Below the pieces are notes generated by a model. It did not search any database and was not told the DNA's origin. It was given only the letters and a program-made list of their open reading frames with translations. DNA of 64,000 bases, taken from Vulcanimicrobiota bacterium (GTDB lineage Bacteria > Vulcanimicrobiota > Vulcanimicrobiia > Vulcanimicrobiales > Vulcanimicrobiaceae). The stretch's first letter is position 1, and each line of letters opens with the position of its first letter. The stretch covers positions 96,001 through 160,000 of the forward strand of contig CAVZQC010000001.1 in NCBI GenBank assembly GCA_963777315.1. The letters are read 5' to 3'. This document shows positions 19,296-27,589 of the stretch, piece after piece. Made by a program: the position numbers and the translations under genes.

Positions 19296-20021
19296 TCAAT
19301 CCAACATCTCGCGCAGGATGCCGGCATCGCGGGGCGCTGCTGCAAGCGTGTCGTTGTTGAAGTACACGAACACGTCGCGAGCTCGCTCGGATAGCGATCG
19401 AATGCGCCGCGCCCAATGCCCGAGCGACCGGCGCGGGTAAGATCCGACGTACAGGCCCTCGTAGCCGTGCAGCCGGACGTAAGCGAGCTGCGAACTTGTG
19501 ACGGCTTCCCGCACCCGCATGCCGGGGTAATCGTGAACGCACAGGGCGATGTCCCGCCGGCGCAATAGGGCTTCCACTTGCGGCACGTGCCACGACCGGT
19601 GGCGAAACTCTACGACATAGCGATGATGCGCAGGCAGCTTGTCCAGGAAGGCGTTCAAATGCGCGTCGTCGCGCTGCAGATACGGCGGAAACTGCACCAG
19701 AATCTGCGCGGCTTTCCCTTCATCGAAACAGGCAGCTCGACGCATGTAATTTTCGATGAACTCGTCGACGCGCGGCGGTAGCGTCTTGCGGTGAGTGATG
19801 AGCCGGCTCAGTTTGATCGTGTAAAGAAAGTTCGCCGGCACGGTTGCGCACCACACGCGCACCTGATCTTCTTTGGGCAGCCGGTACGTAGTTGCGTTCA
19901 GTTCGACCGTATCGAAACGGCCGGCGTAGTATTCGAGCCAGCGCCGCTGCGACAGTCCTTTGGGGTAGAAGCGGCCGCGCCAGTCGGCGTACACCCAGCC
20001 GCTGGTGCCGATTCGGATCAG
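19296..20021 (-). CDS. DUF72-family protein (CTG start proposed)
   Basis: IRIGTSGWVY, FYPKG, FDTVELNATTYRLP, YVRLHG, VFVYFNND. Confidence 0.9.
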   Translation of the reverse strand: MIRIGTSGWVYADWRGRFYPKGLSQRRWLEYYAGRFDTVELNATTYRLPKEDQVRVWCATVPANFLYTIKLSRLITHRKTLPPRVDEFIENYMRRAACFDEGKAAQILVQFPPYLQRDDAHLNAFLDKLPAHHRYVVEFRHRSWHVPQVEALLRRRDIALCVHDYPGMRVREAVTSSQLAYVRLHGYEGLYVGSYPRRSLGHWARRIRSLSERARDVFVYFNNDTLAAAPRDAGILREMLD

Positions 20022-20062
20022 CGGTCTAGCGCCATCGGCTCACGAGAAGACTTAACAGCCTG

Positions 20063-20500
20063 CTAGGCGACGGCCGCCGGGAGCGCTTCGCGGATGCGCG
20101 CGAGCAGGGTCGCGGTTTCTTCGCGGTGACGCCCGGCTAGAGCGGCGGTGGACGAAAAACCCAAAGCGCGCGCATTCGACTCGAGCATCAGCGCACCGGC
20201 ATGCGCGAGGCTGAGCGCGGCATAGTAGTCGCGCAGCGCCTTGGCGACGGGTTCGGGCGCCCGCTCGTCGGAGCGCAGTTCAACGAGCGCGCTTTCACCG
20301 CCCAAGCGGCGCAAGTGTTCGGTGAGATCGTCGACGTGAGTGCCGAGCGTGCGCACCAGCCGCTCGAGCAGCCCGCGAGTTTCCGGCAACGCCTGAATTT
20401 CGGCCGAACGCAGCTGCGCGGCGACCAAAGCCAGCGTTCGTTGAGTAGCGTTGCGCATATCGGCCACGTACGCGCGCATTTGATGGATGGCATTGCCCAT
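20063..20500 (-). CDS. Ferritin-like four-helix hypothetical protein
   Basis: Helical; 'HVDDLTEHLRRLGG', 'KALRDYYAALSLA'. Confidence 0.55.
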   Translation of the reverse strand: MGNAIHQMRAYVADMRNATQRTLALVAAQLRSAEIQALPETRGLLERLVRTLGTHVDDLTEHLRRLGGESALVELRSDERAPEPVAKALRDYYAALSLAHAGALMLESNARALGFSSTAALAGRHREETATLLARIREALPAAVA

Positions 20501-20584
20501 GTGCGGCACCTCGGTTCATGCAGATTGCCGAAACGGCGGTTGGGCAAACCTTGCCGGCGGGGAACCGGACGCAGTCTTTCGGCC

Positions 20585-21145
20585 CTATCCTTTATAGAAG
20601 CACGCTGCGCACATCTGCACGTAACGCGCCTGGCCCTCGATTGCGATTTGCGCGCCGCTGGTTATCCGATTGCCACGCTCGTCCACGCGCACGTTCATCG
20701 TTGCCTTCTTGCCGCAAGTGCACACGTTCTTGACCTCTTCCAGGCTGTCCGAAAGTGCCAGCAAGTACGCCGCTCCCGGAAACGGCTCGCCGCGGAAGTC
20801 GCTGCGGATTCCATAGCAAATGACCGGGATGGCCAGTACGTGCGCCGCACGGTGAAGATCTCTTACTTGCAGCGGCGTAAGAAATTGGGCCTCGTCGACC
20901 AGTGCGCATGCCAGGTCGCGTTCGCTCTCCAACCGCGTATAAAAGTCGGTCGCTTCGTCGAAGGTTTCCACGCTGCGGCGCGGCCCCAGCCTCGATGCGA
21001 TCACCCCAAAACCCGCGCGCGTATCCAAGGCGGACGTAAAGACCGCCACGCGGCGACCGTGCTCTTCGTAGTTGTGGGCTACCTGCAGCAGAGCGGTCGA
21101 TTTGCCGGCGTTCATTGCCGAATATCGGAAGTAGAGTTTTGCCAC
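20585..21145 (-). CDS. tdk: Thymidine kinase (type II)
   Basis: LYFRYSAMNAGKST, VDEAQFL, CYGIRSDF, CTCG...CAAC; GTG start 21145. Confidence 0.96.
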   Translation of the reverse strand: MAKLYFRYSAMNAGKSTALLQVAHNYEEHGRRVAVFTSALDTRAGFGVIASRLGPRRSVETFDEATDFYTRLESERDLACALVDEAQFLTPLQVRDLHRAAHVLAIPVICYGIRSDFRGEPFPGAAYLLALSDSLEEVKNVCTCGKKATMNVRVDERGNRITSGAQIAIEGQARYVQMCAACFYKG

Positions 21146-21150
21146 CGAGT

Positions 21151-21588
21151 CTAGAGGCGCACCACCAGCACCGGCACGGGCGCGGACCGCACGACGGCTT
21201 CGGCTACGCTCCCCAGCAGCAGCCGCTGAATGCCCGTGCGCCCGTGGCTTCCCATGACGATGAGGTCGGCATTGCATTTTTTACCGAAGGCAACGATGTC
21301 CTCGGCGGGGTAGCCTTCGACGATCTGCGTGTCGATGCTCACGCCCGCTGCTCGCGCGCGTTCGGCGGCCTGCTGCAGCACGTGCTTGGCATCCTCGCGC
21401 AGCGCTTCGAAATACGTTTGAACGACGTCCGCAGATGCAATCGTCATCGACGATGCGGCCCGGATGATGTCCACTACCGTACACGCCGTGCATTGCGCGC
21501 CAAGCGCTTTTGCCAGCGAAGCCGCAGCGTCCAGCGCTTTGGCCGCGCACTCCGAACCGTCAACCGCGACTAAGATATGCTTGAACAT
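21151..21588 (-). CDS. Universal stress protein
   Basis: ILVAVDGS, DLIVMGSHGRTG, LLGSVAE.V. Confidence 0.95.
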   Translation of the reverse strand: MFKHILVAVDGSECAAKALDAAASLAKALGAQCTACTVVDIIRAASSMTIASADVVQTYFEALREDAKHVLQQAAERARAAGVSIDTQIVEGYPAEDIVAFGKKCNADLIVMGSHGRTGIQRLLLGSVAEAVVRSAPVPVLVVRL

Positions 21589-21614
21589 ATTGCCGTTTGC
21601 GGCAATTACTTCTT

Positions 21615-22460
21615 CTACGCAGTTTTACCCGGCTGCCCGGCACCGCTCGCGACGGATGGATGAGGTTGCGGCTCGGGAAACGTTTGTTCGGTCTGAAACG
21701 GCGGCTGCAAGTCGAATTTCCAATCGCCGTGCGATGACACCAAATCAAATCCTGCGGGCTTCTCTTGAGCATTTTTCGCACCGTCGGTCGAATCGTTCAT
21801 GTAGGCGTGCGCGAATTTTTCGGTGCCGGGCAGATTGCCGGGCGGGAAGTTGGGCTCGATGGCGTCGAGCGCCGCTTCGAACATTTTTTGATGCGCGATC
21901 TCGCGGGTCATGAGAAACGTCAGCGTGTCTTTGCAGCCGGCATCGTCGCACTGTTTGATGAGGCGTTCGTATACCATCTTCGCGCGTGCTTCTGCCGCTA
22001 TGTCGGATCGTAAGTCCGCCGTCGGTTGTCCGATCGTGTCGTTATATGCGGCAGTCCACGGAGCGCCCATCGAGTCCGTCAGACGCAGGCCGCTGCCGCC
22101 GCTGAGCAGCGTGGCGCCGCTGCTTAGCGACATCTCGACGAATTTCTCATGATTGCCTTCGAGCAATTCCCCCAGGTAGTTACCCTCGACTTCGTCAATT
22201 TGCGCTCCGGACGTTCCCTTGAGCAGCTGCACGAGCGTTTGGGCCACCATCTCCAAATGCGAAAGTTCTTCGGTCGCGATGTCGAGCAGCATGTCGCGCC
22301 GCTTGACGTCGGATTCCGCCCAGCCTTGAGTAAAGTACCGCATCGCGGCGGCCAATTCGCCGTTGGGGCCGCCGAACTGCTCGAGAAGCATCTTGGCAAA
22401 CTTCGGGTTGGGTTCGTCCACCCGAACCGCATACATCATTCTTTTGTTATGAAGAAACAT
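21615..22460 (-). CDS. Manganese catalase family protein
   Basis: EQFGGPNGELAAAMRY, DIATEELSHLE, DIAAEARA, REIAHQ. Confidence 0.93.
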   Translation of the reverse strand: MFLHNKRMMYAVRVDEPNPKFAKMLLEQFGGPNGELAAAMRYFTQGWAESDVKRRDMLLDIATEELSHLEMVAQTLVQLLKGTSGAQIDEVEGNYLGELLEGNHEKFVEMSLSSGATLLSGGSGLRLTDSMGAPWTAAYNDTIGQPTADLRSDIAAEARAKMVYERLIKQCDDAGCKDTLTFLMTREIAHQKMFEAALDAIEPNFPPGNLPGTEKFAHAYMNDSTDGAKNAQEKPAGFDLVSSHGDWKFDLQPPFQTEQTFPEPQPHPSVASGAGQPGKTA

Positions 22461-22671
22461 TGAACTCCGATTCCTTACAGATGCTCATCATTCCGTTGCC
22501 GGCAGCTGCCCAAACACGCGCGCCGGAATGCGGCGCGCCGGAGCACACAAAAATCGAAAAAAAGGCGTAAGACCGAGCCCGGCTGAGGCAAGCCGACGCC
22601 TGGACGATATGGTCGCAGAGAGCGGCGGCGAATTGCATGCGGACACTTGGTGCCTCGTGAGGTAATCCATC

Positions 22672-24546
22672 GTGAGTTTTGCAAATATTTCCAACGCGCG
22701 CGCACTGGCTGTAGCCACTGCGCTAGGTCTATTGGTCAGCGGCTGCGGCGGTGGAGGCGGCGGGGGCGCTGCGTCCTCATCCGCGCCCGGAGTCCTGCCG
22801 CAAACCGCCGCCCGCGGCACTGCAGAACGGGCGCCCGGAGGAATCCGCAGCGGCATGGTGCGCATCGAAAAAAGCGACGCATCGCCCACAGCCAACGCGC
22901 GTATCGTTCAAACGCACGTCGGCTCTTCGCAGCCTGCAACGGCCGTGCCACCCGTGCCGCGGCCCGACGAACGGCCGTGCATCGTTCAGTTGTTTTCGCA
23001 TTTTCAATTCACGAACTTCACCTACCCGACGTTTCAATACACGCCTCCGTCGGCGTGCCCGGGACCTTGGGCGAAAGTCGTGCTCGACGCCGACTTTAAC
23101 GTAACGGCAGGACGCCAATTCGACCGGACGGCTTCAATTTGGATTGCCGGGACGAACGTCTACTTCGGCACTACGGCGGAACCATCGGCCACCGTCAGTC
23201 CATCTTGGCACGTCGAACGCGACGTGACCGCGCTGAGCGCAATCTTCCGCTCGCCCTCGACGGGCGAGGTCGTGCTGGGCAACATCGTCAACAGCACGTA
23301 CACCGGCATTATTTCGGCCAGCAGCAAACTCGAGTTCTACCCTGCCGGCAGGCGTTATCCGGCTCGAGTCGTCGCGGACGACGTCTATCCTCTCTCGGGC
23401 GGTCCGCTGGGCGACAATCAGTACATCAGCACGCAGCAGCAACCGCTTACGGCAACCTACACGCTGCCCAGAAACATTCGAGCCGCGTATTTGGACGTGT
23501 ACTTGCAGTCGCAGATCGGCGACGAGTTCTGGTACACGTGCTTTCCCAGCGACCTTGCAGCAAAGATCCCGAATTGCGGAAACACGGCGTTTCGTGAAGG
23601 CGACGTCGCCGTTGACGGACAGCCCGCAGGCATATCGCCCGTGTACCCGTGGATCTATACGGGCGGGATCGACCCGTATCTCTGGCGACCGATTCCGGGA
23701 GTCGAAACATTCGACTTTACTCCCTATCGCGTCAATCTGACGCCCTTTGCCGGGATTTTGAGCGACGGACGGCCCCATACGATAACCGTCAACGTGTTCA
23801 ACAACGGCAACTATTTTGCGGCCAACGCGGCGCTGCTGACGTTCCTGGATCACGGATCGTCGCAGGTTACCGGCGGAATCATTCGCAACACGACCTCGTT
23901 GTATCCCAGCCCCAGCGTAACGGAAAACGTGCGGTTCAACGCGCAAGGTTTGGGCGCCGGACCGGTCAGCGTGACCTCGACGCATCCCCTCTATATCGCA
24001 GGGTACGTCAACACGTCTCGGGGTCGCATCGAAACCCAAGTGCGCCAGCGCGTGACCTTCAGCAACATGCAGCAAATATCGGCGAACACCACCGGAACCA
24101 TCTTCGATCAAAACATCAAGCAGCAGACCAACGTGCTGTCCGACACGACCACGCTGGGCCCCGGCTTCCGACGTTACGTTCGTGAAGAGCAGCATTGGCC
24201 GCTGCAGCTGATCTATGACTACAACGTCGCCGCCGACGGCAGCGCCGTGCAAAAGGCTTCGGTGGAGCAAGGCAAGATCGACATTCGAGTTGCCGGCGGC
24301 GACAACGACGAGAACGACGATCGCGGCGAAACGGAAGGCGGCGGATTCCGCTCGTTCCTCTCCAACTTCGTGCAGTCGAGCGACACCCTTACGTTCCCGA
24401 CCACGGGCGGCTACACGCCGTCAGGCGGCGAAAGCAGGCAAATCTACATCAAGGGCAACAATCGCGGATATTGTTATGCCAAGACCGTCATCTCCAAGAA
24501 CTACGTGCTCACCGGGCAGTTCGGGGGATCCTGCTTCGGCCTGTAG
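22672..24546 (+). CDS. Peptide-N4-asparagine amidase (PNGase A / PNGase H+ family) lipoprotein
   Basis: Lipobox LVSG-C; GRQFDR, FGTTAEP, DEFWY, AFRE, WIYTGGIDPYLWRPI, NLTPFAG.LSDG. Confidence 0.88.
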   Translation: MSFANISNARALAVATALGLLVSGCGGGGGGGAASSSAPGVLPQTAARGTAERAPGGIRSGMVRIEKSDASPTANARIVQTHVGSSQPATAVPPVPRPDERPCIVQLFSHFQFTNFTYPTFQYTPPSACPGPWAKVVLDADFNVTAGRQFDRTASIWIAGTNVYFGTTAEPSATVSPSWHVERDVTALSAIFRSPSTGEVVLGNIVNSTYTGIISASSKLEFYPAGRRYPARVVADDVYPLSGGPLGDNQYISTQQQPLTATYTLPRNIRAAYLDVYLQSQIGDEFWYTCFPSDLAAKIPNCGNTAFREGDVAVDGQPAGISPVYPWIYTGGIDPYLWRPIPGVETFDFTPYRVNLTPFAGILSDGRPHTITVNVFNNGNYFAANAALLTFLDHGSSQVTGGIIRNTTSLYPSPSVTENVRFNAQGLGAGPVSVTSTHPLYIAGYVNTSRGRIETQVRQRVTFSNMQQISANTTGTIFDQNIKQQTNVLSDTTTLGPGFRRYVREEQHWPLQLIYDYNVAADGSAVQKASVEQGKIDIRVAGGDNDENDDRGETEGGGFRSFLSNFVQSSDTLTFPTTGGYTPSGGESRQIYIKGNNRGYCYAKTVISKNYVLTGQFGGSCFGL

Positions 24547-24589
24547 GTAAACGGCATGGGCGGTGCCCACCTCTACGGTGCGGCGCCGC

Positions 24590-24724
24590 CCCTGGCCGGC
24601 GGCGACCGGTTGTGGCTGTGCTGTGCGCGGAGTTGTAGAGATCGACTTCGTCGACGACGAGCTCAGTGGGCACGCTGGAAAGATGATAGAGGCGCAGCGC
24701 CGCTCCAAGCAGCACGATTGCAGG
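24590..24724 (-). pseudogene. N-terminal fragment of an ArnT/PMT (GT39/GT83-like) membrane glycosyltransferase
   Basis: LLGAALRLYHLSSVPTELVVDEVDLYNSAHSTATTGR matches the LR...L...P.....DE......A....TGR pattern, then similarity stops. Confidence 0.55.
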
Positions 24725-24725
24725 A

Positions 24726-25727
24726 TTATACTATAAGATGCACGTCCCCGAATTCGTGTTGGTAGTAGCCCAGCCCGGCGGCGTGCGCATAAGCCTGGCC
24801 GATCAATTGGCGGTCGGCAAACGCGCGCAGAATCCATTGATGCGTCGCGCCTGCGTCGTGAAAGCCGGTCAATAAAGCGTTGGGTATCGTTACGCCCCGG
24901 CGTTCGTCGACGACCAGATCGGTCCAACCCGACGCGGCGACGACTTCGCCGCCGTACACGGCGCTTTCCAGCGCGCGAACGACCGTCGTTCCCACGGCGA
25001 CGACGCGCCGCTTTTCGCGTTTGGCCGCATTGATTGCCTGCGCGGCTTGCGGGGATACCGCATATCGCTCCAACGCCGGCAACTCGGGCGCCTCGAAGCT
25101 CGCGACTGCGCAGTGCAGCGTTATCGTCGCTACGCCGACATTGCGTTTACGCAACGCTTCAATTACCCGCTGCGTGAAGGGGCGTCCCGCCGAAGGCATC
25201 TCCGACGAGCCGGGGCTCCGCGCAAACATCGTCTGGTAATCTGCCAGCGGAAAGCGTTCGGCAACGTAGCGGTAGCGAATCGGCTGGCCGAATCGCCCCA
25301 GATACGAATTCATCGCCTCGGGCAGCTGAAACCACGCGTACCATAAGCGGGGGCGTTCGGGCTCGACGGGTGCAATCATTACCGCAGACGCGTTCCCGGG
25401 AAGGCGCAACTCCTCGCCGCCCACGACCTGAGCGCGGGGCTCGGCCGTCCATACCCGCCGGTCGATCATCGTCGACACGTGCAGCGCAAGAGACTTGCCG
25501 TTAGCACGGTGCGCGAGCAGAGCCGCCGGCAACGTTGCGGAATCATTCACGACCAGCAAATCGCCGTCGCGCAGCACGGAGGGCAGCTCCAAGAAATGCC
25601 TATGCGAATGCGTGCGCCCTGCGCGATCGGTCACCAACATTCGCACGCAATCGCGTTCGATGCCGCGAGCCTCCGGCGGCGCGACGGCTTCGCGCAGTGC
25701 AGGTCCGCTTTGCATGGCAGCGCTCAT
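24726..25727 (-). CDS. QueA-like protein (non-canonical S-adenosylmethionine:tRNA ribosyltransferase-isomerase homologue)
   Basis: LVVNDSATLPA, YQTMFA, VVAVGTTVVRALES are QueA-like, but PIRY, SEMPSAGRPF, LTGFH, HEFGD replace canonical PLPPY, VAAPTAGLHF, TNFH, SYGD; ATGA overlap with SDR. Confidence 0.85.
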   Translation of the reverse strand: MSAAMQSGPALREAVAPPEARGIERDCVRMLVTDRAGRTHSHRHFLELPSVLRDGDLLVVNDSATLPAALLAHRANGKSLALHVSTMIDRRVWTAEPRAQVVGGEELRLPGNASAVMIAPVEPERPRLWYAWFQLPEAMNSYLGRFGQPIRYRYVAERFPLADYQTMFARSPGSSEMPSAGRPFTQRVIEALRKRNVGVATITLHCAVASFEAPELPALERYAVSPQAAQAINAAKREKRRVVAVGTTVVRALESAVYGGEVVAASGWTDLVVDERRGVTIPNALLTGFHDAGATHQWILRAFADRQLIGQAYAHAAGLGYYQHEFGDVHLIV

Positions 25728-26452
25728 GCCGGCGACGAGTCCGCTAGCCGAACGCGCTCGTACGGATGCTGCATCGACGCAATGGCGTGCAGCAGGGCGC
25801 GGGCGCAGTCCGCGGGGTCGAGTAATTCTTCGGGATCGGCATCGGGTATGGCGTCGCGGTGCATTTGGGTGTCCATGTCGCCCGGATCTGCGACGAGCAC
25901 GCGCACCGGCGTGCCCTCGAGCTCGGCGGCGAAAACGGCCGATACGTGCTCCAAGGCAGCCTTCGTCGATCCGTAACCGCCCCACGTTGGATACGCCTGC
26001 ACGCCCGCGTCGGACGTGACGTTGACGATCGTACTGATCCCGCCGCCGCGACGCAGGAGCGGCAAAGCGTGCTGCATCAGATGAATCGGCGCGAAAACGT
26101 TCACGTCGAAAAGGCGCCGGAACGTTTGCTGCGTGAGTTCGTCGATGCGCGGGAGCGGCACCTCGCCCAGCGTCGAAGCGTTGTTGACCAGCAGGTCGAG
26201 CCGGCCGAGCTCGTCTGCGGCGGCCACGAGCGCGTGCGCGTGATCTTTGTCCGTTACGTCGCCGGCAATCGCGATGACGTTACCGAATTCCCGAAGTTCG
26301 CTATGCGCCGCGGCGAGCGCAGGTGCGTCACGTCCGTCCACGATCGTCTGCACGCCGCGCCGGAGCAGTTCGCGGGCAATCTGCTTTCCAAGTCCGCGCG
26401 AGCCTCCCGTAACGATGGCGACGTGCCCGGGTTTGAACCAAGAATCATTCAT
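25724..26452 (-). CDS. Short-chain dehydrogenase/reductase
   Basis: TGGSRGLG, NNAS, YGSTK, DPGDMDT. Confidence 0.93.
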   Translation of the reverse strand: MNDSWFKPGHVAIVTGGSRGLGKQIARELLRRGVQTIVDGRDAPALAAAHSELREFGNVIAIAGDVTDKDHAHALVAAADELGRLDLLVNNASTLGEVPLPRIDELTQQTFRRLFDVNVFAPIHLMQHALPLLRRGGGISTIVNVTSDAGVQAYPTWGGYGSTKAALEHVSAVFAAELEGTPVRVLVADPGDMDTQMHRDAIPDADPEELLDPADCARALLHAIASMQHPYERVRLADSSPA

Positions 26453-26461
26453 ATAAGTGCA

Positions 26462-26492
26462 ACTCTACAACCTAAAGTATAGTTGAGGTCAA
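26462..26492 (-). promoter_or_regulatory. SoxR-type promoter: -35 TTGACC, 19-bp spacer containing SoxR box, -10 TAGAGT
   Basis: CCTAAAGTATAGTTGAGG at 26471-26488 resembles CCTCAAGTTAACTTGAGG; -35 at 26492-26487, -10 at 26467-26462. Confidence 0.88.
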
Positions 26493-26496
26493 TATC

Positions 26497-26937
26497 ATGG
26501 CCGATTTGCTGACGGTGGGCGAGATGTCGGCGCGCAGCGGCGTCGCCGTTTCGGCTATCCGCTTTTACGAAGCCAAAGGCCTCATTCACAGCGTTCGCAG
26601 TTCCGGCAACCAGCGCCGTTTTTCACGCTCGGAATTGCGGCGCGTCGCCGTGATCAAGGTCGCTCAGCGGGCCGGCATCGCGCTGGGCGAGATCGGCGAT
26701 GCGCTAGCGACGCTGCCCAGCGGACGCACCGTCTCGGCCAAGGACTGGGCGCGGTTGTCGCTCAGATGGAAGCGGGATTTGCAAGAGCGCATTGCGCGGC
26801 TCACTGCGCTGCGCGATCAATTGGGGGATTGCATCGGATGCGGATGCTTATCCTTGGACAGCTGCCCTTTGCGCAATCCGGGCGATGTACTCGCATCCCA
26901 GGGTCCAGGTCCGCGGCTGCTCGACTTCGAGGATTAG
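26497..26937 (+). CDS. soxR: Redox-sensitive transcriptional activator SoxR
   Basis: MerR HTH ([13 protein letters not shown]), [19 protein letters not shown] [2Fe-2S] motif. Confidence 0.97.
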   Translation: MADLLTVGEMSARSGVAVSAIRFYEAKGLIHSVRSSGNQRRFSRSELRRVAVIKVAQRAGIALGEIGDALATLPSGRTVSAKDWARLSLRWKRDLQERIARLTALRDQLGDCIGCGCLSLDSCPLRNPGDVLASQGPGPRLLDFED

Positions 26938-27485
26938 CCCCATTGTGCGATGGTCAGTACGTCGGCTTGGCGCGGGAAGATTTTTTCCAGCAAAACGCGC
27001 TGCACTTCTTCGTCTGCATCCGCGCAGCAATCCGACAGCACGGTCAGCGCATAATCGCGATCCGCGGCTTCGCGCAGCGTCGACAGCACGACTCCGCTGG
27101 TGGCGATCCCGGTCAGGACCAGCGACTCGATCTGCCGTGCTCGCAAAACGACCTCCAAATCGCTTCCGGTAAAGGCCGAGATGCGGCGCTTGACGACGAG
27201 TACGTCGCCTTCCTGTGGGGCGATCGCCGGGTGCACGAGCGCCGCATCCGGATCGGAAAACATCGATCCTCGGGCGGCCATCCCCGCGAAGATCTTATTT
27301 CGAGCGCTGATCTCCGGAAAGCCCGGGCGAAACTGCACCACGACGTAGACGACGAGCAGACCGCCGCTTCGCGCGATCGCGATCGCCTGCGAAATGCGAT
27401 CGAGCAGGCCGCGATTGCCGGCATGGCGCTCCACAATGCCGCGCTGGACGTCCATGATCAGCAGCGCGGTATTCGATCGTTGCAT
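26934..27485 (-). CDS. Isochorismatase-family cysteine hydrolase
   Basis: [29 protein letters not shown]; start could be 27485-27524. Confidence 0.9.
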   Translation of the reverse strand: MQRSNTALLIMDVQRGIVERHAGNRGLLDRISQAIAIARSGGLLVVYVVVQFRPGFPEISARNKIFAGMAARGSMFSDPDAALVHPAIAPQEGDVLVVKRRISAFTGSDLEVVLRARQIESLVLTGIATSGVVLSTLREAADRDYALTVLSDCCADADEEVQRVLLEKIFPRQADVLTIAQWG

Positions 27486-27589
27486 CACGGCTTCTCCATC
27501 AAGAGGGCTGGAGTTAGTCATCACCTATCGGCCGGTTGCCTGTTCCATGCGTGTGACATAATCGTTACATTCACGATGGAGGACGCAAT

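Noticed and set aside
22461..22671. Riboswitch or sRNA in the catalase/PNGase divergent gap
   Set aside because: No recognisable aptamer consensus; length is consistent with two promoters.
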